Positions 7,883 to 18,000 of a stretch of DNA of 33,825 nucleotides are shown here, piece after piece. The position numbers were made by a program, and so were the translations under genes. Where the stretch lies: IMG/VR virus record IMGVR_UViG_3300049017_000038, positions 1-33,825 of that record; one strand, written 5' to 3'. The stretch comes from a virus (taxonomy: Duplodnaviria > Caudoviricetes). The notes beneath the pieces are model-generated. The model was not told where the DNA came from. It saw only the letters and a program-made list of their open reading frames with translations, and made no database searches. Numbering within the stretch: position 1 is the first letter of the stretch; each line of letters starts with the position of its first letter.

Positions 7883-9844
7883 TCACTCTTCTGGCGGCAC
7901 GTAGCCGCAATACGAACCCGTGCCGGTAGGCATGTCTTCAGGCAACACGGGCGCACCGTCGCGCACGGCGATCTTGAAGCCGGCGTTGATCGGCACGCCC
8001 TCGTCGGCCAGGATGCCGATGAACGAATCCGTGTCGTCGATCAACTCAAACTCGGCCGGCGCCGTGGTCCCGACAACCATGCCGTAGGGAAGCTCGAACA
8101 CCTTGTGGCGGGCCACGCAGGCGTTCTGGTTGGGCGGCGTCCACGAGCCCTTTTGCTCTTCGATGAAGGCCTGCGCCGGCAGCGAGAACACGTCCTGCAC
8201 GGCCACCATGTTGATCTTGCCGCTGGTGCCGGCAGCGTCTTCCACGTGGCCCACGCGCACCACGAGGTTCTTGATGTTGCGGGCCAGGTCATAGATGCGG
8301 ATCACGTCGCCCGGCGTCACGGCCCAGGCGCGGCGGTCGAACGTCAGGTTGAAGCGGCGAAGCTCCAGGCCCGACGCCCGCAGATCGCGCTGGGCCACAC
8401 GCAACCCAAGCGGCGCAGTCGGGATGCCTGGGTAGTTCTTCGAGATGGTGTTCATCGCCCCTTGCGATGCCTGGATGTTCGCCAGGTTGTCCACCTTGAC
8501 CATCGCGTCCTTGTTGCTGATCGGGTCGCGGAAGGTGACGCGCACCTCGTTGATGCACTTGCCGGTGGACGCGATGGTTGAATCGCGCACCTCCAGCAGG
8601 CCTGAGTCAGGCGAGAACGTGGGCAGCGTTTCCGGGTCGTAGCCGCCGCGGATCAGCTTCATCTTCAGCAGCGCCGTCGCACGGTCGGTATAGAGCGTCG
8701 CGCCGATGTGATCGAGCACGCTCTGCACGAACGACTCGATGCTGTCGCTGCGCGACCACCGCAGGCACAGGCCGAACCCTTCCGTGAATAACTGGTCGGC
8801 CGCTGCGGTGAAAGCCGCCGTATCGATGGCGGTGCGCGGCAGGCCCCTGCCCCACTCGCGATTGGTCAGGCACTCGAACACGATGTGCGCCGGGTTCATG
8901 GCCTTGATGATGTTCGTCGCGGCCACTTCGCCCGGCATTAACTCCCGGCTCAACGTGATGATCGCCTTCTCGGGGTAGAACACGTCGCCGTCCCAACCTT
9001 GCAGCGCGCGGCGCACGCGGAACTTCCACGGCTTCGGATACGGGTTCAGCGACGAGATCAGGCCGCTGTAGAACAGCGTGAACATGCGGCGGAAGCCAGG
9101 CTGAGGCGAGCCGAAGGACTCAATCAAGGCCTGCGGCGCAACCTGCGTGGGCTCGCCCATCATCACGTCGGCCCAGCCCTGGATGCCGCCTTCGGACTTC
9201 TCGCCGCCGAACAGTTCCGGCGCGTTGATGTAGATGCGGCCACTCGTGGTGACATCGCCTTCGATCTCGCCGCTGCCCACGCCGGCATCGACCGACATGG
9301 TGATGATCGCGTCAGGGTCCAGTGGATCGCCCGTCGCGCAGCGTTGCCAGTTGTCACGTATCGTCGTGTCGGTCGGCAAGATGATCTGGAGGTTGGCGGG
9401 CGTGTTCACGTACTCGCCACCCTCAGCGCCGTAGCCGGTGTAGCCCTCGTAGGCCGGCACGCGCATGAAGATCGTGTAGTCGCCGCTCAGGTCGATGGTG
9501 ACGGGCGTCGGGTCGATCTCGGATGTCGGCACGACGCGCACGAGGTTCTCGATGGTGAGCGTTTCGCCAGGCGCAAAGGTAGACGGCGAGTCGATGTTGA
9601 ACACGGCGAACCACGCATCGCTCGGCTCCGCGCCCGGGTAGACCGTGAACACGATGTTGGCGGGGTAGTCCTGCGACGTGGGCTCGGGCTCGGGCGTGTC
9701 ACCTGTCGTCGGCGGCGTCGGCCAGGCTTGCCGGTCGCTCACGTTGATCTGCACGAGTTGATCCACCGGACCGCGCGAGATGCCGGCGTGGATGTCGAAG
9801 TAATAGTTGAACCCGACTACCGGGTTGCTGTCGCCCTTGCTCAT
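7883..9844 (-). CDS. Tail tip / central hub protein (phage-tail_3-like), 653 aa
   Basis: GFNYYFDIHAGISRGPVD, APELFGGEKSEGG, NPYPKPWKFRVRR, MNPAHIVFECLTNREWGRG, EGFGLCLRW motifs. Confidence 0.82.
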   Translation of the reverse strand: MSKGDSNPVVGFNYYFDIHAGISRGPVDQLVQINVSDRQAWPTPPTTGDTPEPEPTSQDYPANIVFTVYPGAEPSDAWFAVFNIDSPSTFAPGETLTIENLVRVVPTSEIDPTPVTIDLSGDYTIFMRVPAYEGYTGYGAEGGEYVNTPANLQIILPTDTTIRDNWQRCATGDPLDPDAIITMSVDAGVGSGEIEGDVTTSGRIYINAPELFGGEKSEGGIQGWADVMMGEPTQVAPQALIESFGSPQPGFRRMFTLFYSGLISSLNPYPKPWKFRVRRALQGWDGDVFYPEKAIITLSRELMPGEVAATNIIKAMNPAHIVFECLTNREWGRGLPRTAIDTAAFTAAADQLFTEGFGLCLRWSRSDSIESFVQSVLDHIGATLYTDRATALLKMKLIRGGYDPETLPTFSPDSGLLEVRDSTIASTGKCINEVRVTFRDPISNKDAMVKVDNLANIQASQGAMNTISKNYPGIPTAPLGLRVAQRDLRASGLELRRFNLTFDRRAWAVTPGDVIRIYDLARNIKNLVVRVGHVEDAAGTSGKINMVAVQDVFSLPAQAFIEEQKGSWTPPNQNACVARHKVFELPYGMVVGTTAPAEFELIDDTDSFIGILADEGVPINAGFKIAVRDGAPVLPEDMPTGTGSYCGYVPPEE

Positions 9845-10059
9845 GGCCGGCCCTCTTGTTCTTCTTTCGCTACCTCGATCAGCCGCAGCGCGAATGCGTC
9901 ACCCGTGGCCGCGAGCGTGCTGGCGGGAATGCCGTTGTTCACGAAGTGCAGCCAGTCGATGCCATAGCGCTTGCACCATGTCCGACCGCCACGCGCGCAC
10001 AGTTTCGCTTGCTTCATGTGTTCGATTGTGACGATCAGGTCGGCTTCGGCCATGCTCAC
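9841..10059 (-). CDS. Small tail assembly protein, 72 aa
   Basis: CARGGRTW..RYGIDW..F...GI....L.ATGDA.A motif; 4-nt overlaps with both neighbours; conserved position before the tail tip gene. Confidence 0.75.
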   Translation of the reverse strand: MSMAEADLIVTIEHMKQAKLCARGGRTWCKRYGIDWLHFVNNGIPASTLAATGDAFALRLIEVAKEEQEGRP

Positions 10060-10292
10060 TTACCCCCGTCCGCGTGGATCGCGGATGTGCGATAGCCACC
10101 AAGCCCGATGACGCACCAGTCGCCCGACCAGCAGTCGCCGAAGATCACCGCCTGCGGCATGCCTTCCTCGAACGTCGGGAAGTCGATGTCCTTGAACGCC
10201 ACAGGCTCGGGTGCCTTGGCCTTCGGTGCCAGCGCGGCCGAGATGAGGAATGAAGCGATCAGCAGGTAGATCGCGGTGTCCCAACCCATCAT
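10056..10292 (-). CDS. Small tail assembly protein, 78 aa
   Basis: Hydrophobic N-terminus then DFPTFEEGMPQAVIFGDCW; AGGAGG RBS upstream. Confidence 0.75.
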   Translation of the reverse strand: MMGWDTAIYLLIASFLISAALAPKAKAPEPVAFKDIDFPTFEEGMPQAVIFGDCWSGDWCVIGLGGYRTSAIHADGGK

Positions 10293-10305
10293 GGTTCATG
10301 TCCTC

Positions 10306-11124
10306 CTAGAAAAGCGGCGTGCCGTCGAACGGCGACTTGCCGGGCAGGTTGATCACACCGCCGTAGTTGTCGAAGTTGTTGAACTTGTCCACGCACGAAA
10401 CTTTGGTGCGCGCGCAACCCGGGTAGATCGTCATGACCAGGCCAGGGTAGATGTCGTCGGTCATACCGAAGACCTGAATCGTGGTGGACACCTGGCTCTC
10501 GATGCCGCGGAACTCCATGCCGCGCGTGGGGTTCGACCACTCCATGAAGCCGCCGTTGAAGTAGCCGTCAGCCATGGCGTCTTCCGTATCCACGACGATC
10601 TCAAAGCCGTTGACGCTGAGCACCGTGACCGACACAGCGAAGAGGGTCTTGTCCACCTTGCACGTCAGCGGGTCGTACAGGGCATAAGGGCAACCACGCT
10701 GCCACGACAGCCGCAGGCCCTCGCGCTGCATGGACACCGACAGGGTTTCGCACGTGATGCGCGCCTGGCCCGGCAGCGGGAAGCCCACCTGGCTGATCTC
10801 GCCGACGTAGACCGTCACCACTTCAGCGTTGTCGTCGTGCTTGCGCAGGATCGCTACCTGAATCGGCGTGGCAGGCGGCGTGCCGAAGTGAACCTGCACC
10901 GGCCCGATGCTGACCGGGCACTGGATCGTGAGCGCGTCGGTCGATGCTTCGCCGGTCAGCTTCACGCCGTCATGACTGATCGCTACCGCTTCGTAGGTGT
11001 CGGCGCCCACGAGCAAGTCCTTCGCTGCCGACGTGTAGCGCCACACCACGCTGCCAAGCGTGAACCTGTAGAGGAAGATCGGCTTGCCGTCTTCGACCGA
11101 TGTTTCGAGCGTATCGAAGCTCAC
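10306..11124 (-). CDS. DUF2163/BR0599-family tail hub protein (lambda gpL-like, Cys cluster), 272 aa
   Basis: ETSVEDGKPIFLYRF, WQRGCPYALYD..C, IYPGCART...C..KFNN..NYGG motifs. Confidence 0.85.
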   Translation of the reverse strand: MSFDTLETSVEDGKPIFLYRFTLGSVVWRYTSAAKDLLVGADTYEAVAISHDGVKLTGEASTDALTIQCPVSIGPVQVHFGTPPATPIQVAILRKHDDNAEVVTVYVGEISQVGFPLPGQARITCETLSVSMQREGLRLSWQRGCPYALYDPLTCKVDKTLFAVSVTVLSVNGFEIVVDTEDAMADGYFNGGFMEWSNPTRGMEFRGIESQVSTTIQVFGMTDDIYPGLVMTIYPGCARTKVSCVDKFNNFDNYGGVINLPGKSPFDGTPLF

Positions 11125-11705
11125 GTGCGGCTCCCAAGTTCAAACTGCATGCGCCACTGCCGCGACATGCCGATGGTCTTCAACACCAGCTTCGAGTCCA
11201 GCCCGTCCACGAGCATTCGTTCGGTCAAGTAGCGGTCACGTTGCTGGCGGTAGTACAGCGCGCCGTCACGGATGTAGGCCAGAATCACGTCAGCAATGCC
11301 ACTGCGTGACGGACGGCGGTCGTCCAACGCCAGCTTCGGGCTCGCGCCCACGCCGAACGTGTCCACGCGGTAAGCGGACACGGTGGAGTCGTACCAGCGC
11401 AGCCAGAGCGATCCTGCTTGCGCCGCGGCCAAGACCGGCCGCATGTTCAGGTCGAAGGCCAAAGCGATGTCGGTCAAGCCCGAAGCGGTATAGACCACCG
11501 TGGGCTCGCCAACATCGGACGGCGTGAGGATCAGGTTGTTGAAGCTCAGGTGCAGCTTCCAATCCTGTACGTCCAGGCCCTGGCTTGCATCGTTGATCGC
11601 GACACCACCGCGCTCCCAATCGACCGTGCGGCTGCTCGCCTTCTCGTCGGTCGAGAGAAAGCGGCTGCTGATATCGACGGTTGACGCGCGGTTGTTCGGC
11701 AGCAT
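11121..11705 (-). CDS. Hypothetical virion protein, 194 aa
   Basis: MLPNNRAS...DWERGGVAINDASQGL...LAFDLNMRP...LDDRR...DVILAY...LYYRQQRDRY; tightly packed within the tail operon. Confidence 0.65.
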   Translation of the reverse strand: MLPNNRASTVDISSRFLSTDEKASSRTVDWERGGVAINDASQGLDVQDWKLHLSFNNLILTPSDVGEPTVVYTASGLTDIALAFDLNMRPVLAAAQAGSLWLRWYDSTVSAYRVDTFGVGASPKLALDDRRPSRSGIADVILAYIRDGALYYRQQRDRYLTERMLVDGLDSKLVLKTIGMSRQWRMQFELGSRT

Positions 11706-11706
11706 G

Positions 11707-12585
11707 TCAGGGCCTCCGTGCCCAGGACACGACCCAATTCAACGTCAGCACGTTGACATCGGTCTTCGGGATCGGCGGATCGAACTGGCACTGGTAGCTG
11801 CCCAGCGACGTGCTAAGCACTACCGAGCGGATGTCCATCACGTCATCGACCGGCACCGTGACGCGAAAGTGCTGTTCCAGGCTGTTGTTGCTGTAGGCCG
11901 GCGTGACCGTCGGGTTGCCGATGGCGATGTTCGTGCCGCTGGGCAACTGCATCGTGGTGCCGATGTCGCCCGTGTAGATGTAGCCGTAAGGCAGCGCGCT
12001 CACGTAGGTGTTGAGGTTCCTGAAGCTCGGCTCGTCCAGCTTGCACGCGCGCAGGATGCAGTCGTAGTCCGTGCCACTGATCGTGATGGTGAACTCGTTG
12101 TCGGCCGCAGGGATGTAGTGGCGCAACTCGTAGGTCACGTCGAGGTATTCATCCGACAGCACGGTGATCGTGGTCGGATCGCCCATGCCATCGAGGATCA
12201 ACGCACGGCTGAACAGCGTCGCGCCCGATGCCGCCCAACCAACGCCCACTTCGGCCAGGTTGCCTTCAGCGTCGCCGGCAGCGAAGCGGAACGTCTTGGT
12301 GTGCTTCGAGTAGAGGTTGCCCACGGTGTCGTAGCCGGCGACGTTTGCCGTCTCGTTGTTCGTGGATGCGACTTGCGCCACCAAGGCCGACTGCTCTGCG
12401 GACGGCGCCGTACTGCCGGTGCCCACGCGGCAATACGTCCAGAAGTCGGCTGTGCCCATGCGGTTCAACCCGCCATCGAGAATCAGGTTGTCGAACCAGT
12501 CGGCGACCACGCGCTGACCTGATCCGTCGATCTTGGTCGCAACCATCTTGAAGCGACCGGCGAGTTTGATTTGGGCGTTTTTCAT
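11707..12585 (-). CDS. Hypothetical virion (tail) protein, 292 aa
   Basis: WFDNLILDGGLNRMG, CRVGTGSTAP, GNLAEVGVG, LFSRALILD...PTTITVL.DE.LDVTYELR, PPIPK motifs; GGAG RBS. Confidence 0.7.
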   Translation of the reverse strand: MKNAQIKLAGRFKMVATKIDGSGQRVVADWFDNLILDGGLNRMGTADFWTYCRVGTGSTAPSAEQSALVAQVASTNNETANVAGYDTVGNLYSKHTKTFRFAAGDAEGNLAEVGVGWAASGATLFSRALILDGMGDPTTITVLSDEYLDVTYELRHYIPAADNEFTITISGTDYDCILRACKLDEPSFRNLNTYVSALPYGYIYTGDIGTTMQLPSGTNIAIGNPTVTPAYSNNSLEQHFRVTVPVDDVMDIRSVVLSTSLGSYQCQFDPPIPKTDVNVLTLNWVVSWARRP

Positions 12586-12610
12586 TTGCTAGGTACTCCG
12601 ACTGTTTAGT

Positions 12611-13043
12611 TCATTCCAATGTTCCACTGTCGATAACGCATGAAGAGTCCACACCTTCCGGCGCGTACTGCTCGTACTGAATCAGCACGTCGTCGAGACT
12701 TCCGGTATCGACTGTAGCCGACGTGTCGAAGGCTTCCGGTGCGCCGTCGCTGTATGTGACCAGTAGGTCTTCTAGCGTGCCGGTGTCGATGCCGACTTCC
12801 GTGTCGAAGCCTTCAGGCACGCCGTCCTCGTAAGTCACCAGCACTTCGTCGAGATCGCCGCTGTCGATCATCACGAACGACTCCATCTCTTCGGGCGAAG
12901 TGGGAGCCGGGCCTAACGCACCGCCGATGATGGTGACGCTCGAATCGATCATGTCCGTGCTGTCGAGCGCGTAGGGCTCGCTGGTCACGAAGCAGTCGTC
13001 CAGGTCGAGCATGCCTTCACCATCGACCACGCGAGTGACGAGG
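12611..13043 (-). CDS. Acidic 26-aa repeat segment; probably the frame-shifted C-terminus of the upstream tail protein
   Basis: VTSEPY followed by repeats E.FD....ID.G.L...L..Y....P. The frame is open back to ~13043, and the GTG at 13030 has no clear RBS. Confidence 0.6.
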
Positions 13044-15003
13044 CCACCGACACCGCGGCCGAATCGTCCACGTGGTGATGCAGTTCAAACGTGTCTTGAT
13101 CGAACCGTGCCGGCGAGACGAACTGAATGCGCCGGATGTCCGCCAGGTTCAGCGGCGGCATCGCCTTGGTGAACGTAAACCGCTCGCCCGTCATCTGGTA
13201 CGGCGGGCCTGTCAGGTCCACGGGCTCGACGCTCGCGATCTTGCGGAACAACGGCGGCAGGCCGTCCTTGAACACCACAGCGATCCACTGCTTGGACTGC
13301 TGGCTCACCCGCATGTTTTCCCAATAGCTGGTCGGCTTTGCGATCAAGGTGCCGGCGTCGATCTCGACGGCTTGCAGATCGGCGGTGAAGCTGGGCATGT
13401 AGAAGCGCTGTGCGCGGCCAGCGGCTTGCGCGATGAAACTGCGGAAAGCCCACACCTTCTCGCGGCCGAACAGCTTCATAGACAAGCGCTGGCCCTGCCG
13501 CGCCTGGTCGCTCAAGTCCGACACCAACGGCTCGCCCGTCTCGTTGTCGAAGCGGAAGTCCTTGCGGTCGTAGTTCACCGTGACCGGCTGGGACCAGTCA
13601 GGCGTCATCCAGAAGAACGGCACGCAGTATCCCCAGGACGGCACAGGCATGGCTTCTTCGACCACTTCGTCTGTGCTTTCCTCGACCACCAGTTTCGTAA
13701 GTAGAAGGAGTGTGCCGCCCCAGTTTTCAAACGACTCGACGCCGTTGCGATACATGGCGCAGGCTCCGGTGGTTTCAGTCACATCCTCTGCGACACCCAG
13801 CGTGACATCGGAGCCGGGATAACGCTCGTTGAAGATGGGCAATCCCATTGTGCAGGCGCCCTGCGCTGTCTCAGCGTAAGTATCGGGCTCATACGGTTCA
13901 CTACCGATCGAACCTCCTTCACTAAAGACCCACTTCGTTGACGAAGTTTCAGGAATCGTCACAACGTAGCTGTAGGTATTGTTGTTCTCCACCTCAAAAC
14001 GTGCTCGCACGCTACCCACGTGATCGGTCAGGTTGTCCAGTTGCGGCTGTTCCAACATGCGGGCCTTGCGCAGCGGCACGATGCGCGCGCCGGCCGACCA
14101 GTCGCGCTTCGGTGCAACCGACCACGTGATGTCGCCAGTCTCGTTGATGGATTCGATCACGGCCACGTCGAACACGTCAGGATCGCCGGCCGTGACCAAG
14201 ACCAACTGGTCGTTCCTGAACTCGCGCAACAGCACGTCTTCGGCTGGCAACGACACGCCGGTCAGCGCTTCAGCCACGATGTCGTCCGTCAGCCGGTACT
14301 GCTCGTGCCATAGCGGCAGCAAGAAATACTTGCCACCCACGCCCGTGAAGAAGGCGTCGATGCGTGCCCGGTGCGACCGCCTGCGCAGGAACGCGATCTC
14401 GAATGAGCGGCGCGGGAACAGCCGCATTTGCCGGCGCTGCTCGAAGGCTTCCTCACTGTCCATCACGTCAGTTAAGAACGACAGCCGTTCGGTGATCCCT
14501 TCTTGCCAGTTGGGCGGCACCGAGAACACAGGCAGGCGCAAACGCAGGTACGTGTCACTCGGCGGCGCGATAGACATGCCCGGCGTCGTCTCGAAGTTCC
14601 AGCCATCGGCCGACGATGTGTAGACCAGAACGCCGTCACGCCGAACCGAGAACGCCACGCCGCACGTGTCGGCAACGGTGTTCATGTTCTGCATGACGAA
14701 ATCGACTTGGTATTCCTTGTCGAAAATCTGGAACTCACCGACCACGGCACCGTCGTCGAACTCCGACGAGAACACCATGCGCATCGAATCCCTGCCGCGG
14801 CCGACCCACACGGTGACGGCATCGTCAGCCACGATCTTCATGGCGTAGCGGCCTGGCGGGAGCGACAGGTAGGCCGACATGTAGTAGGTCGTGCGCGCCG
14901 TAGCACCGCCAAGCGCGGCCGACACCGACAGCAACTTCTCGCCGTCAACTAGCGTCGCGTATTCAGGCGCTGCGGGAAGGTCGAGTTCGTAAGGGATCGG
15001 CAT
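12985..15003 (-). CDS. Distal tail protein (Chi-like post-TMP protein) with an N-terminal beta-sandwich extension
   Basis: Immediately follows the TMP; PNWQEGITERLSFLTDV...EQRR..R..PRRSFE, LPLWHEQ, GRAQRFYMPSF and ARFDQD.FELHH motifs. Confidence 0.78.
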   Translation of the reverse strand: MPIPYELDLPAAPEYATLVDGEKLLSVSAALGGATARTTYYMSAYLSLPPGRYAMKIVADDAVTVWVGRGRDSMRMVFSSEFDDGAVVGEFQIFDKEYQVDFVMQNMNTVADTCGVAFSVRRDGVLVYTSSADGWNFETTPGMSIAPPSDTYLRLRLPVFSVPPNWQEGITERLSFLTDVMDSEEAFEQRRQMRLFPRRSFEIAFLRRRSHRARIDAFFTGVGGKYFLLPLWHEQYRLTDDIVAEALTGVSLPAEDVLLREFRNDQLVLVTAGDPDVFDVAVIESINETGDITWSVAPKRDWSAGARIVPLRKARMLEQPQLDNLTDHVGSVRARFEVENNNTYSYVVTIPETSSTKWVFSEGGSIGSEPYEPDTYAETAQGACTMGLPIFNERYPGSDVTLGVAEDVTETTGACAMYRNGVESFENWGGTLLLLTKLVVEESTDEVVEEAMPVPSWGYCVPFFWMTPDWSQPVTVNYDRKDFRFDNETGEPLVSDLSDQARQGQRLSMKLFGREKVWAFRSFIAQAAGRAQRFYMPSFTADLQAVEIDAGTLIAKPTSYWENMRVSQQSKQWIAVVFKDGLPPLFRKIASVEPVDLTGPPYQMTGERFTFTKAMPPLNLADIRRIQFVSPARFDQDTFELHHHVDDSAAVSVASSLAWSMVKACSTWTTAS

Positions 15004-15004
15004 G

Positions 15005-18000
15005 TCAGCGCATCATCTGTTTGATCGTCGGGATGTTGCGGCGGATCGTCTGCACGATCACGTCTTCGCCTTCCGCGCTCGACATGGCTTCGGGAATCTT
15101 GCTGCGGTCGTCCACGAGCACGACCCGTTGGCCTTTGCTGCCGCCTTGCTGACCACCACCCAACAAGCCGCCGTTGAGGGCGTTGCGCGGGTTGTTCTTG
15201 TCCAGCACTTCCTCGTTCTTTTCGAGGATCGCCGGCACCTCGTTGGGCCGCAGGCCCGCGAACCCCCCTTCGTGGTAGCGCGGCGCGTTGGCGAACATGG
15301 CAGGGTTCACGCGGCGCATGCGGTTGCTCGGCCGGCCGATAATGCCGCCCGCGTGGTTCACACCCACCGACGCGGCGCCAGCAGTACCGATGGCCGCTAT
15401 GATCGGGTTGCCGGACTGCTTCATCAGGTTGAAGATTTGCAGCTTGATGATAGCTACCGCGATGTCCTGCAAGAACTTCGCGAACACGCCGGCCGCGCCG
15501 CGTGCGATGTCCTTGAAACCTTCAGCCACGCTCTTCTGGCCCTTGAACATTTCACCCAGGCTGTTGACGATCCCTTCGATGCCCGTGTTGAGCGCGGCCA
15601 AGCCACCGGACACCACCGTCTTTCCGATGGCATCGAACTCGGTCTTGACCTGGGTGGCCTTCAGCGCGGTCGCATCGAGCACGGCCAGGAAAGCAGCCAT
15701 CTGCTCGGGGTTCGCGAAGATCGTCTCGTGTGCCAGTGCCCATTCGCGCGTCGCCGCCGCAGCGGCTTGGATGCCAGGCACTGCCTGCGCGTTGATCGCG
15801 TTGATCTGGTCTGCCGCTTCGCCGCTGTCAATCTTGCCGACTTCCAGTTGCGCGCGCACCGCGGCTATGCGCTTGTCACGCGCTTCGATCTCTTCGGTGA
15901 CGAGTTTTTCACGGCGTGCGAGTTCTTCCGTCGCGAACTTGCGCAACTCCAACTGCTTGAGTTCAGCCACGCCGGCATCCAGGCGTTCCTTCGCACGGTC
16001 GGCTGGTTCGGGGTCACGGTTGTTCTCGATCAGCTTCTGGCGGAAGTCCGCGATCTGGCGGTACGTGGCTTCGTAGCCGGTCGAGATCGCGTTCAGGCGC
16101 TCTTGCAACTCGAACTTGCTCTTGCGGCCGGCCGCGGCGTCCACGGCTTCGAGCTTGCGCGTGATCGCTTCCTGCTCCTTGCCGATACCGTCGTTGAACT
16201 TGCGCAGCACGTCTTGCTTCGCCTGGAAGGTCAACTGAACAAGTTCGTCCAGGAACTTCTTCGACTCAGGCCCACCGAGCTTTTCGATCTGGCGCTTCAG
16301 GTGCTGGAACTGTGCGTCGATGGCATCGAGTTGCGGTTGCAACAGGTCTTTGTTCGACTTGTCGATCCGCGCGTCAATCGCTTCGAGCGCTGACTTGATC
16401 GCTTCGATGGCACGAGCGCGCTTGTTGATCTCGGCTTCCGTGGGTCCAGTCTTGCCGCTCGTCTTGCCAGGGCTTGCCGTCTGCCCGGCCACGGCCTTCG
16501 GTGCGACGGCAGCGACGGGAGGGTTGTCGATGTCAGCGAGTTGCTGTCGAAAGATTTCACGATCCGCCGCGATCTCTTTCTTCAACTGCTCGCGACGTTT
16601 CTCGAATGCCGCTGCCACGCCGCCCGTTGTCGTGACGGTCAGCGCGTTGGCAACCTTTTCCAGTTCGGCGACCACTGTGTCCATGCCGGCCGCTTTGGCA
16701 ATAGCACCAAACACACCGAGCAACTTGCGCACGAAGAACGTCGCGGCATTCAGGATGTCGACAAAAACGTTCTTCGCGATGATCGGCACTGCATCGAAAG
16801 CGAAGCCGAACGCCGCCTTGATCGTGGCCCAATAGCCGTTAAGCGCGAAGACCATCGCCGCGCCGGCCTTCTTCACGATGTCGAACTTGTCCGACAAGAT
16901 GGTGCCGATCTGCCAGCCGATCAGCGCAGCTTGCGCAATACCGACAGCACCGCCTATCGACTTGATCGACGTGCCGGCACCGCCTGCTGCGTCTTTCAAC
17001 TTCTTCAGGTCTTCGACCATGCCGTTAACACGGCCCAGCGCCCAAATTCCGAAGAACGTGGTTGCCGCTGCAATGAGCAGATCGATGTTTTCGAGGATCA
17101 GCACGATCCCCTTGGCGACCAAGGTGAACTTAGCCGACAGACCTTGTGCGAACTTCGCGCCCTGCTCGCTCTTCAGGAAGTTTGTAATCTCGATGAGTGC
17201 CTTGCGGAACTCGTCTGCGAAGCCGGCATCGGCGATGGCGTTCTTGAAGTCGAACACCGCGTTGTTCACGCGGGCTTGTTCGGCAGCGAGAGTTTTCTGC
17301 GCTGCCGGTAGTTGTTCGCCAACCATCTTCCGATACGCTTCGGCGATCAGTACCAGGTTCTCAACGCCGACCTTGCCCTCCTGCATCGCTTTATTCAGAT
17401 CGGGAAACTGCTTTTTCAAAGCCTGCTGTGCAACTTCAAATACACCGGCCAGGCCCGAGTCGCCAAGTTGTTGCCGCAATTCCTCGGCGCCAATTTTGCC
17501 CTTGGAGAAAATCTGTTCGAGAGCCTTGAACACACGCTCCGTCTGCTCGCCAGTGAGGTTCATCACACGGCCGGCTTCGGCGAACGACTCGAAGATGAAC
17601 CGAATCTCCTGCCGGCTGCGGCCTGACTTGGCTGCGGCCACGGAGAACTTTGCAAACTGCTCGGCCGTCTTGTCGAAGACCAGACCGATGCGATCCGATT
17701 GGCCCTTAACGTAGGCGTATTCCGCGTCGATGGTTTCGCGGTTGGTCGTGTCCAGCGACACGCCGAGAATGCTCTTGATGCTTGCGCGGGCGTTGAACGC
17801 GTCGAGCGAACCCTTCGCCAAGCTGATGCTGCCTTGCAGGCCCACGTAGGCCGATGCCAGCGCAAGAATCTCGCCGCGGAAACGCTGTGCCAGCGACAGC
17901 GTGGTGCGGCCTTCGTCGCCGAACAGACCGCCGCCCTTGCGTGCCCTCGTCGTCGCCTGCCCGTACTGATCGACAGCGGCGGTCAAGCCTTGCACCGCGC

